Assembly: GCA_051362555.1 (NCBI GenBank)
Contig: CM120647.1
Span: forward strand, 5,580,001 to 5,644,000
Direction: 5' to 3'
DNA from: Lingula anatina
Lineage: Eukaryota; Animalia; Brachiopoda
Length of the DNA stretch: 64,000 nucleotides
The notes beneath the pieces are model-generated. The model saw nothing but the letters and a program-made list of their open reading frames with translations. It was not told the DNA's origin and searched no databases. This document shows positions 53,411 to 64,000 of this stretch, piece by piece. How positions within the stretch are numbered: the stretch's first letter is position 1; the number at the start of each line of letters is the position of its first letter. A program made the translations under genes and the position numbers.

Positions 53411-53722
53411 CTTATATTGGTCACTTCGTTATTCGCTGATAACACGCTGAACTCCATTCTAAGAAAACGCAGTAGAATATATTTCAATTTATTCTCCGTT
53501 GTTTCAACATTTGTCTTAGAAGTGAATGTTTGATGGAGCACGCGAATCAGCATGTATGTGGGTGTAAATGTTTTCTTTGCACGTGGGCATGCGTGCATCT
53601 TACCTCTTCCTCGTTTCTCCTCGTCTTCTAAGCCACTGTCTTCGTCGTTCACCTGGGTGCCTGCAAAGGAGGCTGAAACACAGATATGTTATTATTATTA
53701 TTACCTCTGCCATGCAGGTCAC

Positions 53723-53765
<43 letters not shown>

Positions 53766-54621
53766 TCTTTAATTTTTATTTATTTATTTATTTTATTTTA
53801 TTTTTCTATTAATTTAATTTATTTATTTACTTATTTATTTATTTTTTGGTTCCGTTAGTCTCTTTATTAATTTGTCTGTCTATTGGCAAAATTGTGCAGA
53901 AAATTTATGGATGAATTTGATATTCTGCTTTAGTGTAGTGTCAGTGAGTGTGTGTGCGTGATATAGCGATTGGTTAATGATTATTTCAGTACATGACTAC
54001 GTACTTTTACGACCTGGAGGCCCTTCAGGTAAGTTTCGTTTTTCCTCGTCGTCTACGCCAATGTCTTTGTCGTTAACCTGCGTACCCGCATAGGAGGCTG
54101 AAACAGAGATAACAGTATGAAATTATAAGAGAGAGCGCAGGCCTTAGCCAAGGATTTTACCTGTAAGAAATTGCAGGCAACGGACATCGCATGTGCTGCC
54201 TGGAAGTACTTTCAAGAGAGATATCAATGTATAAAAACTACAAAACAACATTTAATTCAATTTGGCAAATGATCCAAACTGTATGATCAAACGCATGTGT
54301 CAGCATACATGTGGGTGTATGTTTGCTGTGCATATGGGCATGCGTGCATTTTACCTTTTCCTCGCTTTTCCTCGTCATCTACGTCACTGTCATCTGCTCC
54401 CCCACGTTTTGCTGAAAGCGTGCAAAAATATAATTATTTTACCTGTTTTGTCCGCTACCGGAATGTCAACAATTTTTTTAAAATTCATTTTCAAGCATAA
54501 GACACATGTTACTATGTTTTTAAAATATTAGAATTTTGTTGGGCAGAATTTTCAGTGTGTGTGTGTGTTTGCACTGTTTGAAAACCAAGGCATATTTTCA
54601 CAATAAATTTCAATTAAGAAA

Positions 54622-54670
<49 letters not shown>

Positions 54671-57600
54671 GTCACACACACACACACACTGTGTGTGTTT
54701 GATTATCATAATTTGCTCACTTCTCATCCTGCTGGTCACAAATCTTCTAAACCTTATCCCCCCAAACCCGGCGAGTCAATAACTTTTATATTTTGATTAC
54801 TTCCAAAATCCGTACAATACTGAAATCCATGATAACAGACACCTGTAATATGACACCCCTCTGCAGGGCTTACTCACCTCAAGTATTCCACCTTAATGAG
54901 CGCATTCAGAACATCGGATCAAATATGGCTCCCCCTAAAAAGCTTGCCGCTTAATACCCGATTAGACTTAATACTGTATAGATTCCCCAGGATAATGCAA
55001 CCAGTTTTCTAGTGGGTCGGCCATATTTGATCCGCGGATCTATTAGTCCGCTGTTCTGAATGCAGTCAATGTCAGTGTGTATATTTGCATGATACATACA
55101 CATGTATGTGTGCGTGTATATTTACGTGATACAGGTATGTGTGCGTGTTACTTCAGTTACCTGGTGTAGCGCTGTTAGCACCTGGATGTGTTGCACCTGT
55201 AATACAACGAGAATTTAATTTAGTGTTATCTCTAGCGAATCAAAGTCCCCATTTAGAAAAGGGGATCCGGGTTCGAACTGATCCGCCAACTAAATATGGC
55301 AGACCACACTTCAAAAGAGATGCCTCTGATTCCTGATGGTCTCCCCGCCTCTACACGCGCCATTAAACGGATTAAATCTCAGCTTTAAGGTTTAATTTCT
55401 AGGCCCCTGCAGCGACGACGCGCGTGGAGGCTGGTAGACCATCGAGAATCAGCGGCATCTCTTCTGAAGTGTGGTCGGCCATATTTAGTCGGCGGATCAG
55501 TTAGTACACGGATCATTTATTTTGAATGTGGCCAATATTTAGATGAGAAACGAATGTTCTATTAACTACAGATATCAAAATGCACGCAGGTGTATGTTAG
55601 AGCGACACGCGTGTATGCGTACATATTATCTCTACCCGACATACGCTTGTAAAGCTTAAAACAGTGAACTTCTTCAATAGGGACATAGTGACTTAGTTTG
55701 CCTGTCCGCTACGATTCGTTTATCATTTTCGATGATTTTGCATACGGCTATCTACTAGTAGGCTGTTCTGGCATACATCGCTCTGATGAGAGTGTATATT
55801 CTCACGCAAAACATGATTCTGCGTGTAAATAAATTTTTTAGATAATTTATTAATATTAAAGAGAATTGACCTCCCTTTGCGGAGGTCTGCTCTCTTTGAG
55901 TGTTTCTTTATTATAGTGGTTATTATATAGTATGAACTATTTTGTTTCGTGTAAGTTTTTTCTTACCGTTTTCTTTCGTGCCGAAGTCCACTTACACTTC
56001 ACTTTGCTTAACTTTGCATCGTACTGTTATATATGTAAAGGCATATGTCTGTTTTACTAATAGCATGCATGGGGTGATTGTTTGCGTTGCCAAAAAATGG
56101 CAGTTCACTTTAATTTAGAAATGACGCTGCAGTCTATTGGGGGTTGAAGTTTTCAAACACGTGTGCAAGTGCATATCTATACATAAATAAGCTGTGTCTG
56201 TGTGCGTGCATGCGCGAGAGCGGGCGCGCGCGTGTGTGTGTGCGTGGTTATCACGACCTGCTCGTTTTTCCTTACCGTGTTCACCACTCAAAATGTAGGT
56301 AACAACCATTGCACGACCATCAGGAAGGGTTACTGAAACGTAAAAAAGAAAAATTCTACTAACGTGCTTAAGCCCACTTTACACTGGACGGCATCCTTTC
56401 TGAGTCCCGTAGTACAGCCACGTTTGAGAGTAAAAAAAATAATAATCTTTACATGCCGAAAACTGGCCAATCATTGAGCATTCATTCTAAAACCAAAGCG
56501 ATGCTTGTGCCTCCTTTCTACGACCACAGCGATGCCAGTTTCATGGTCACACAAAGGACGCAGAAAGGAGGCCGTCCAATGTAAAGGGGGTTTTACAAAT
56601 CGTTCCTTCCTATGATTTAAGAAGTGCATAGGAATGTATGGTCTTTCCCTGCGGAGGTTAAAAAACCAGGCTTTTGATTGTAAAGGAACGTTTGGTCTGG
56701 TTACCTGCTTAAAGCAGTGTTGCGATTACAGAGGGCCTTGCAAAAGGCCTTTTGGTGGCAATCTACCCCTCATTTTCTACAGAACGGGTCGTTCTGTAGA
56801 GTTGCAGCATAATTTTTTTTTTTAATTTTTTAAAAATCAAAAAAAAAAAAACAAGAACAGTTGGTCCTTGTTTCTGGTGGTAAGTTGTGGATGTCATGTG
56901 CGTGGCATCTGCACAACTACCAGTCTGGGAATACTCCTGCAAGACTGCGCCGTTCTTTTCTTGTGACACAATAATCTGTCTGGCAATGTCTATCTGATTC
57001 GAGCCATTCTAGCACAGAGTAACAGTACTCTGGCACAGAATTTCCTCTCATTTCATGACCCGTAGAAGTGGCACCTTGTATGCAAAATTTCAAAGTCTTC
57101 TGTGCAGACGCTTCCGAATATGGAAAGATTTTGTGACAGAACCACCCTTTGTCACAGTTATGCTAAGACCAAACCAAAAAGAGAACTACCCTATGGAATC
57201 ATCGCATACTACAAAATGCCGTAGTGTAAGACAGTTGTTTAATTGATCCTAACACACCTGGGCTCCGTATCTCGAAAGGTTCGCTATGTTGCGCACGTGT
57301 GCGAGTGTCTCGATTCCATAACCGATTCTATTTCGAGATACGGGGCCATGGCATCGAGACACTTTAGCACGTGCGCAACATAGCGAACCTTTCGAGATAC
57401 GGAGCCCTGGCTACACATTTCCTTATCCGCATCTCTCACATGAGAAGGTTCTTTTTTAAAATAATACATTTTACCTAGACATACCTTATAATCTGAAATA
57501 ATTTATATTAATTGTCAAGTCTGTATTAAAGAAGTAAAAATGATGAAAAATTCAGGTTCACCTAACGTCACACCATGGACGATATTATTGATTCTATAAT

Positions 57601-59962
57601 TACTCTTATTGTTCTTTGCACCTATCTTGTTAACCATTGGTCGCATTCAAAACAGATGATCCGCGGACTTGCGTTGGTCTACAATCCATATAAAATGTTC
57701 AGTAGACTTTACATGGGGCTCACCGCCTCCACACGCACTAATGAACAGATTAAATGACGGTTCCGAGGTTTAATTGCAAGGCCCCTGCAGGGACGGTGTG
57801 TGCGGAGGCGTGGAGACCATCAGGTGAGCAGCTTCCTTTTAACTGGGTCGGCCATATTTGATCCGTGGATCTGTAGGTCCGGGGACTATCTGTTCGGAAT
57901 GCAACCATTAAATCCACTTAAACAGTTATGTGAGCGTCTTACCTCTATAGCTTCCCGGCGGGTCGTCCATGACACCGGATTTGCGATCAAGGCCACTGCG
58001 TTTGTCGCCAAGCTGTTGGTCGTCCATGACACCAGATTTGCGGTCAATGCCACTGCGCCTGTCGTCAAGATGCTCGACTGAGTACGTCGAAAACACAAAA
58101 GGACGGTGCATTAGTACGTTATGTTGGAGATAAGGTAGTGTAGCCAAAGGCATATAATATTTATTACTGCTTTGAGTATGAGGCTCTTTCTCAAAACGTC
58201 TCAAGTTTTTTTGCCAAAACTAAATTGCTAATGTCGTATAGCCGACTACAATCAACCTCTAACACGAAATTCATGCGTTAGCACTTCTGTTTACGGTTAC
58301 TGATTAACAGCAATTCAAGCGCATAACTATACACATACTAAACGCCACTACCCCACTTCTGAACCCACGAGTCTTACACCTATCGTACTGGATTTAAAAA
58401 AACTTAAATTTAAGTGTGTTAAAAATCAAAGAAGGTTTACTGAGGGTTTACGTACTAAATTTGTAAAATCCAAGCAATTATAATATCTGGTGACAAACTG
58501 GCGAATAACCTGTTTTTAATTTATTAAAAAAACGCTAAATTACTTGCTAAGACACTAAAAAAAATTGACTGAGCGTCTAACTGACTGACAGGCAAGATAA
58601 CTGAAAATACATCATTGAAATTAAATAATGAATAAGGGCGCATTCCCATAGATTTTAGATCGATCTATCCCCGTGGGGAGTCTCACTAGATTACTGTCAG
58701 ACAATCCGGCTTAAATCTCCGTCCCGCCTACTACAAGCTGTAAGGGGGTAATTAACTTTCGTGCCCGCCCGGCTGACAGCTATTTAGCGTGAACCCCCAG
58801 GGAGTTACGTCGATCTAGTTGGATCAATGTAATCACTGGGAATGAGGTCTAAGTCAGAGGCTTACCTTTTTCTTCCACACCTGCGGTTACGGCAGAGTTA
58901 CCTGAAATGTAAAAAAAATAGTTTTCATTCATAAGTCAATCGTCTCTACACGTATGTCCATTATTAAAGGGATAATAACTCTTCGTTTCGGCCAAAAAAT
59001 GAATTTTCCTGGAGTAAACAACAATTTTCCCATACTTACCAATGGTTAATGAATCCATTTTTACATTCAAAGTTAGTCCCTGGTTTTTTCTAAAAAGTTT
59101 GGTTTTTAGTTAAAATCTCTTAAGGTATAGCCTTCAATGGAGGTCACGTGGTCTAAAGACAAGCTCAGATATCAGAATAATAGCTATAACTGCTGTTTTT
59201 GTGGTAAAACAGAATATATTATATTTCTATGAGTTATTCACAATGTTTTTATTGTGAAATATAGATCTCATACGAAGAGTTATTATCCCTTTAATTTATT
59301 CTTTTGCTGTTGTCAGCTAAGTATAAAGTTATACTGTATGTGTTTGAAAATTTCCCAAAGTCATATTTTCTTTGCCTAAATTTTCTGCACGGCGACTTAT
59401 CTTTCCCCATTCAAACCTCAAAGTCTATTTTTAAAAACCCTCTAATAAAAGTGCTTGACGTGGAATTTTCCTTCTGAATGATAAGTCGTTCTAAATGAAT
59501 GGCTAGACATTTAGAACTGAGTAATTAAATCCGGCTAGAATAAAACATCGAATAAATAGGGACGGGCAATGGTTCGTAAATAGGAGAAATTGTTTTGTTT
59601 TTTTTCTTCCTATACGAACATTCAATTTGGCGAGTAAATCCCACATAGAGGGTACCTTTAAAGTATTTTACGGCTTTAGTGAGATATGAAACTTTCTGAA
59701 GTTTGCCTCTCCACTGTTGATGCGTCATTATGGACCTTCAACAGCTGTCCCCAAGCGTCTTTCCTTAGCATACGGACCAGGGCCCCGTTACTCGAAAGCA
59801 TCGCGAATTGCGACCCAGCGCAAGCGTCTCCATTCTATAACTCGCCCATACTCGCACCATACAATACACTGTAGCCTCTATGTGATATCGCTTTTTGCAA
59901 TACGCGATGCTTTCGAGTTACGGGACCCTGCTCTCTTTCTGTCTCTTCTATTTCTCCCTCAC

Positions 59963-60001
<39 letters not shown>

Positions 60002-60081
60002 AATAAATTACCTGAATTCACAAGTATCCCCAAGACAACAGCTCCGCAAGCTAAAGCGACGAACAAATACAGGTCCTTCAT
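40682..60081 (-). CDS. Gene E: large secreted multi-peptide precursor (~37 coding exons, roughly 700-735 aa if all are included)
   Basis: Signal exon 60012-60081 (MKDLYLFVALACGAVVLGILVNS). Phase-1 symmetric exons at 58866-58901, 57943-58077, 56276-56332, 55161-55196, 54355-54411, 54011-54097, 53604-53672, 53269-53349, 52905-52949, 52713-52793, 52348-52392, 51641-51703, 51444-51488, 50911-50958, 50517-50564, 50310-50357, 49948-49995, 49721-49765, 49023-49079, 48703-48789, 48326-48394, 47997-48077, 47614-47658, 46901-46963, 46704-46748, 46171-46218, 45778-45825, 45570-45617, 45208-45255, 43253-43300, 42806-42883, 42121-42201, 41783-41827, 41244-41318, 41031-41066. Last coding exon 40682-40743 (VEDANINLLKRLIDLQRRKK*). 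The motif RVNDDKRG recurs. Some boundaries are ambiguous. Confidence 0.75.
41951..42990. repeat. Tandem duplication (~685-bp offset) of one exon-intron block in gene E
   Basis: 41951-42300 is nearly identical to 42636-42990; both contain GYRGA(A)KVNDEDSGI(D/N)DEEKRLST(T/S)YRG. Confidence 0.85.
43706..44563 (-). pseudogene. Decayed repeat exons (pseudo-exons) within gene E
   Basis: 44516-44563 has acceptor TG instead of AG; 43923-~43967 has acceptor AA (possible in-frame cryptic CAG); ~43706-43750 has both splice sites lost. Coding similarity to the GKRVNDDKRG exons is still obvious. Confidence 0.6.
45100..54960. repeat. ~4.74-kb tandem duplication of an 11-exon block within gene E, with a nested ~556-bp two-exon duplication (~52316-53430)
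   Basis: Constant 4740-bp offset, e.g. 45208/49948, 46171/50911, 46901/51641; introns are nearly identical. Confidence 0.9.
55244..55533. mobile_element. Palindromic MITE-like element (related copy ~57642-57904)
   Basis: gatccgccaactaaatatggcagaccacacttca...tgaagtgtggtcggccatatttagtcggcggatc inverted arms. Confidence 0.65.
57258..57410. mobile_element. Near-perfect hairpin MITE (CTG-flanked, Harbinger-like)
   Basis: gggctccgtatctcgaaaggttcgctatgttgcgcacgtg...cacgtgcgcaacatagcgaacctttcgagatacggagccc. Confidence 0.75.
58636..58849. mobile_element. PIF/Harbinger-like MITE, TAA TSD
   Basis: Same family as 22361-22575; TAA on both sides. Confidence 0.75.
59778..59930. mobile_element. Hairpin MITE in intron 1 of gene E
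   Basis: cagggccccgttactcgaaagcatcgcgaattgc...gcaatacgcgatgctttcgagttacgggaccctg inverted arms. Confidence 0.7.
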
Positions 60082-60124
60082 TATTTTTTTCACCCGCTTG
60101 TTAACAAAACCGAGTTACAAAAAG

Positions 60125-60165
60125 AAAATACGCTGCCCGAATGACAAACAAGGTTTTATACCTCC
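60125..60165 (-). promoter_or_regulatory. TATA box of gene E
   Basis: TATAAAA at 60154-60160, about 75 nt upstream of the ATG at 60081, similar to the paralogues. Confidence 0.6.
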
Positions 60166-60514
60166 ACCCGATCGACTTTTGTCGTCATTGCGATCACCGG
60201 CTGGTTCAAGATTTTTACATGGGGGACGGAGCTACAAAATTTTCAAGACAATTTGTTCAGAATTGTACAAGCAGCCTTAACAAGGTGGTTGCCCACGAAA
60301 CGGTAGCTTTTGGGTTCTTATTTTTCTTTCTTTTTTTTTTTCTTTCTTACGTCATTTCTTTCCCTTTTCTGTTTATTTTTAGATTAAGCATTACACATTA
60401 CAATTTGAGATTACTTTATCATAGTATAATGAACAGTATTCATATCTCTAATGTACATTGTCGCCAAATACCTGTATTGTATAGGCTGCAATTAACTCTG
60501 TACAATGTATGTAT

Positions 60515-60549
<35 letters not shown>

Positions 60550-60706
60550 TTTTACTTGCCTCCGAATCCCCCTCATCTCCTCTCTCGACCCGCTATAAAA
60601 TAAAATACTCCTTGCGTTCGTGTATCAAATTCCCATAATTGGTAATAGCCAGAGTGAAGCGAGGTCAGCTGTGTGAAGACGCCGTCGCTGGCCAATACTT
60701 ATTTTA

Positions 60707-61441
60707 GACCCCATTCCCATACCTAGATCGATCAAGCAGGATCGACCTATGTCCGAGAGGTTGCTCGCTAAATTGCATTCAGCTTAAGGCCCCTATTTCA
60801 CACAGACCACGAATCCCACGAATAGCCAGGAATTGACAAATTTCAGGATTCGTGAGGATTCGTGAGATTTTGCCAATTTTCTGGTCTAATTCGACACGCT
60901 CACGATTCAGTTACGATACAGGTGCGATAGTGTTACGAATACTCGTGGGCTTCGGCTGGAGTCGTGAGGTTTTGCCAATTTTCTGGTTTAATTCGACACG
61001 CTCTACGATTCAGATACGGTACAGGTGCGATAGTGTTACGAATATTCGTGGGATTCGGCTGGAATCGCACGAATATTGTCCAGAAATTCACTACGATTTT
61101 TTGGAATCGGGAGTTCGTGGCCTAAACTTTGAACAGCTCAAAATTTTTGCCACGAATGCCCGATTGATCAAGAATTGCAAGAACTGACTGCGATTATATA
61201 CGAATCTGTTAAGAATCTGTTCAACCACGAATCCTGAAATTTTCAATTCCTGGCGATTCGTGGGATTCGTGGTCTGTGTGAAATAGGGGCATAAGCGGCT
61301 GTGATGTCCGGCACGCCTACTGAGGGTGAGAGGGGGTAATTAATTATCGTTTAGCAGCAATTAAGCTGAATGCAATTTAGTGAAAATCCCCTCCGATTTG
61401 GATCGATCCTGTTAGATCGATCTTGGTACGGGAACGTGGTC
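60707..61441. mobile_element. Harbinger-like MITE (TTA TSD) carrying a nested element
   Basis: gaccccattcccatacctagatcga...tcgatcttggtacgggaacgtggtc, flanked by TTA. Confidence 0.7.
60788..61291. mobile_element. Nested Harbinger-like MITE (TAA TSD)
   Basis: TIR gcccctatttcacacagaccacgaatcccacgaat / attcgtgggattcgtggtctgtgtgaaataggggc; TAA on both sides; internal ~100-bp tandem duplication. Confidence 0.8.
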
Positions 61442-63229
61442 TTAGACATTAAACTTTTCAATTTTTTCACTCTTTTGAGCTGTACCTAAACAAAGCCTTC
61501 GATCACTACTCAAATAAGTGTAAACTTTGAAAAGTTTAAACGTCTAAAATAATCAGAAGAATACACAGATGAATTTCCGTCAAAATACTGTGCAATAATA
61601 AAGTACAGAAAAGGGCACGCTTGATAATCTAGACAGAGAAGTACTTGTTATTTGTTATTTGATATTAAAATGTCGACATTTTTTATTTGGCCATAACCTT
61701 TTTTTACATGAAGGTCATGGGTTTTATTTACAGTTTTCATTTGGCCAAAATCCTGATTACTTCAACATTTCCTAGGTCAAGGTTGCTGTACCAATTTATT
61801 TATTTATTTATTTATTTTGCAGGCTTAAGAGTATTCTCCCCCGAATTTTCATGACAGATCTAATCTTCCTCGAGAAAATTTTTTCTCCACAAATCATTGT
61901 TCGACCCATACCCTTACTTGGAATTGATGTTTTATATCATGTAAATATATATTTTAGTTGTAAATAACTAACCAGACATTGAGACTAACATTGTCTTTTT
62001 GACCTTTCATAAGAAAATAATGACATGATGTGTTTTAATTGAAAGGATTTTATCATTTATAAAATCTGGACTGGCAAGATTAATACAGACTTGACATTTA
62101 ATATGGAATATTTTTTTCCAAATCATTTTTCATCAGTTTTTTCCTATTTTGCTGACTGATAAATGAAAATAAGGCTTAAAATTGGGTTTTAATAACTTTT
62201 AATTATCCTTTTGATGTCATTGTGTCTTCAGTTAATTAATGGAATTCGCCAGAGAAGCAAACAAAAACACATTGCCTATTCTATGTCATACGACAACAAT
62301 TAAAAGAGATATTTTGGATCTCCATATTTTCCAAATTATTTTCTGTAAAAGAGTTACACGCCTCACAAAGAACCCCCATGTCAGTGTCTAGTCACAGTAA
62401 CGGTCGCTGTTACGCTTGACCTCTTCTGTCTGCTACCAGCGCTCTCAAGGGGCAAGGCATTCCTTGGGTTAGGTTTTTAGAGTTAAATCTGGAATAACAT
62501 TCCAGGCATCGGTCAAAATCTGTCCTATTTGGTCCAGTTTTGTTGTAGGACATGTAGGTCATTGATTCGGCGAGTAATGGCCTACCCACATATTGTCTAT
62601 GTGGTTCAAATGTGGCGATTTTGATTACCAAGGTAGCTGCTGATTTCCTTGGTTCTGTAAGTAATCTGCTTTTAAAAGTGCTCTGTGTGTACCGGCAATT
62701 TCACCGTGCAACCTAAAATTGTTCCTAAGGTGCCCCCTGTCAAATGATAGTCAAGTGGTTCCCAGATTATTCCTTTATTTGATCTGGTTCAGGTTTTCGT
62801 GGATGACCACCATTGGTGTTTTGGCACCAATGTGGTATCCGCTCCAATTACCGACGCTGTTAATGAACTAAGTCACTTTAAACGCGGCACACGCTTAGTT
62901 GTTGGCCTCTTCTGGATGTCTGTAAATTCTGTTTTGACAAGTTGAGCGGTACAGGTGAAAACTGACCTCAATAAAGAAAGCCACGAGTTTTCAGTGTTCA
63001 ACTCAGAAACAGTCAAGGTCCCCAATTCATTAGAGAAACATACAGCGATGTTTTGCTGTTTACAGTGGGTTCCCCCGAGGTCGTCTGGTATTCTAACCAG
63101 CTAAAACCAGTTTGGTGTTCGCTAAGGGCCTTGAAAAATGCGTTTTGGTGGCAATTTACCCCTCATTCTGAACGGACTGGGTGTTTTTTGTTTAGTTGCA
63201 ACAACATATCCCGACAGACAGTACGTCCT

Positions 63230-63750
63230 GTACCCTGGTGGTAAGATTTCAATACATTGGGTGTGGTCTCTGTGTAGGTGCATCAGTCTGGACATTACTC
63301 TATAAAACTGTGCGGACCGTTTCGTTTGGCGCAATTATCTGTCTGGCAATACCTGGCTTTTTCGAGCCATTCTGCCACAGATTAACAAATTTGCGGAGCA
63401 GTGCATAGCTCATTTTACACCTTGCAAAACTGACCACTTGCATGCCAAATTTCAAATTCTTCTATGCAGTAGTTACCGACATATGGATACTTTTTTGGAA
63501 GAACCATGCTTTGCCAAAGCCAAGCTTTGACCTGCCCAAAGGAGCACTACCCAATTAAATCACTGCATATTACATAATGCAGCAGCGCAACAAACCTGGA
63601 ATTCAGTGAATTGGAAGTGACACACCTGACTACACACTTCTCCATTCACATATCTTATATGAGATCTGAGTTTTTTGAAAAAAGGATGCATTTTTACCTA
63701 GGCATACATTCGAAACTGAAATATTCCATATTAAATGTCAAGTCTGTAGC
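63230..63750. repeat. Diverged interspersed repeat, related to ~56870-57530
   Basis: Shared collinear blocks: atctgtctggcaat, cgagccattct, aaatttcaaa, ttttacctag, tgtcaagtctgta. Confidence 0.5.
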
Positions 63751-64000
63751 TTTGCAGGATAGTTTTAAATATTTAAATATACAGACATAACTATATAACT
63801 TTAAAAGATATCAAAGGCAAGCGCCTTCCCTAATGCATTGCCTTACTTATTGCTCGTTACAGTCTTTTCTTCATGACTGGGTTGAGATCAAAAACTTACA
63901 GGATTATTTTAAGGGGGGGTCCGCGGATGCGAAGCCGACCATCCCCCCCCCCCCCCCCCCCCCCCCCCCACCGGTTGGCGTGGGGTTCGTGGCCCGCTGA

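Noticed and set aside
55967-56023. Possible extra exon of gene E (AG...GTAAG, 57 nt)
   Set aside because: It contains a TAA stop in the phase-1 frame and has no clear repeat motif.
375-60081. Assigning the precursors to a named neuropeptide, mussel foot protein or Schistosoma MEG family
   Set aside because: The resemblance is architectural or compositional only; I recognise no diagnostic sequence homology, so no gene symbol is given.
59717-60638. 187-aa and 165-aa plus-strand ORFs
   Set aside because: They run through a MITE, a (CT)n tract and the antisense of gene E exon 1/promoter; no protein-like features.
62340-63230. GC-richer stretch that might be a coding exon or transposon ORF remnant
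   Set aside because: No long frame or recognisable motif; cannot be assigned without a database search.
945-63408. Most short ORFs in the supplied track (poly-Y/F/K/I/N, CVCV, THTH, ERER, YLFI peptides)
   Set aside because: They are translations of microsatellites, introns or the antisense strand. A few minus-strand ORFs merely overlap real micro-exons.

Overview
AT-rich, microsatellite- and transposon-rich animal (most likely invertebrate) genomic DNA; it is not prokaryotic, and almost all entries in the ORF track are spurious. Reading the minus strand for GT/AG splice sites shows a head-to-tail cluster of five paralogous intron-rich genes, labelled A-E from left to right, with ATGs at 3274, 11974, 24519, 34899 and 60081 (A runs off the left edge). 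Each gene has a TATA-type promoter and a signal-peptide exon. Next come many short symmetric phase-1 exons (9-135 nt, about 9 to 35 in the complete genes), each encoding an acidic spacer, a KR/RR dibasic site and parts of Gly/Tyr/Arg-rich peptides. B-E end in a conserved exon (EDANINLLKRL(L/I)DL...) followed by a non-coding 3' exon. The predicted products are secreted multi-peptide precursors whose putative mature peptides straddle exon junctions, so exon skipping could shuffle them in frame. I do not recognise the family. The array has grown by exon, exon-block and whole-gene duplication. It carries a young 5'-truncated L1/Tx1 LINE, a 2.7-kb Academ-like non-autonomous transposon and several MITEs. 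All exon models were inferred by eye and need RNA support.
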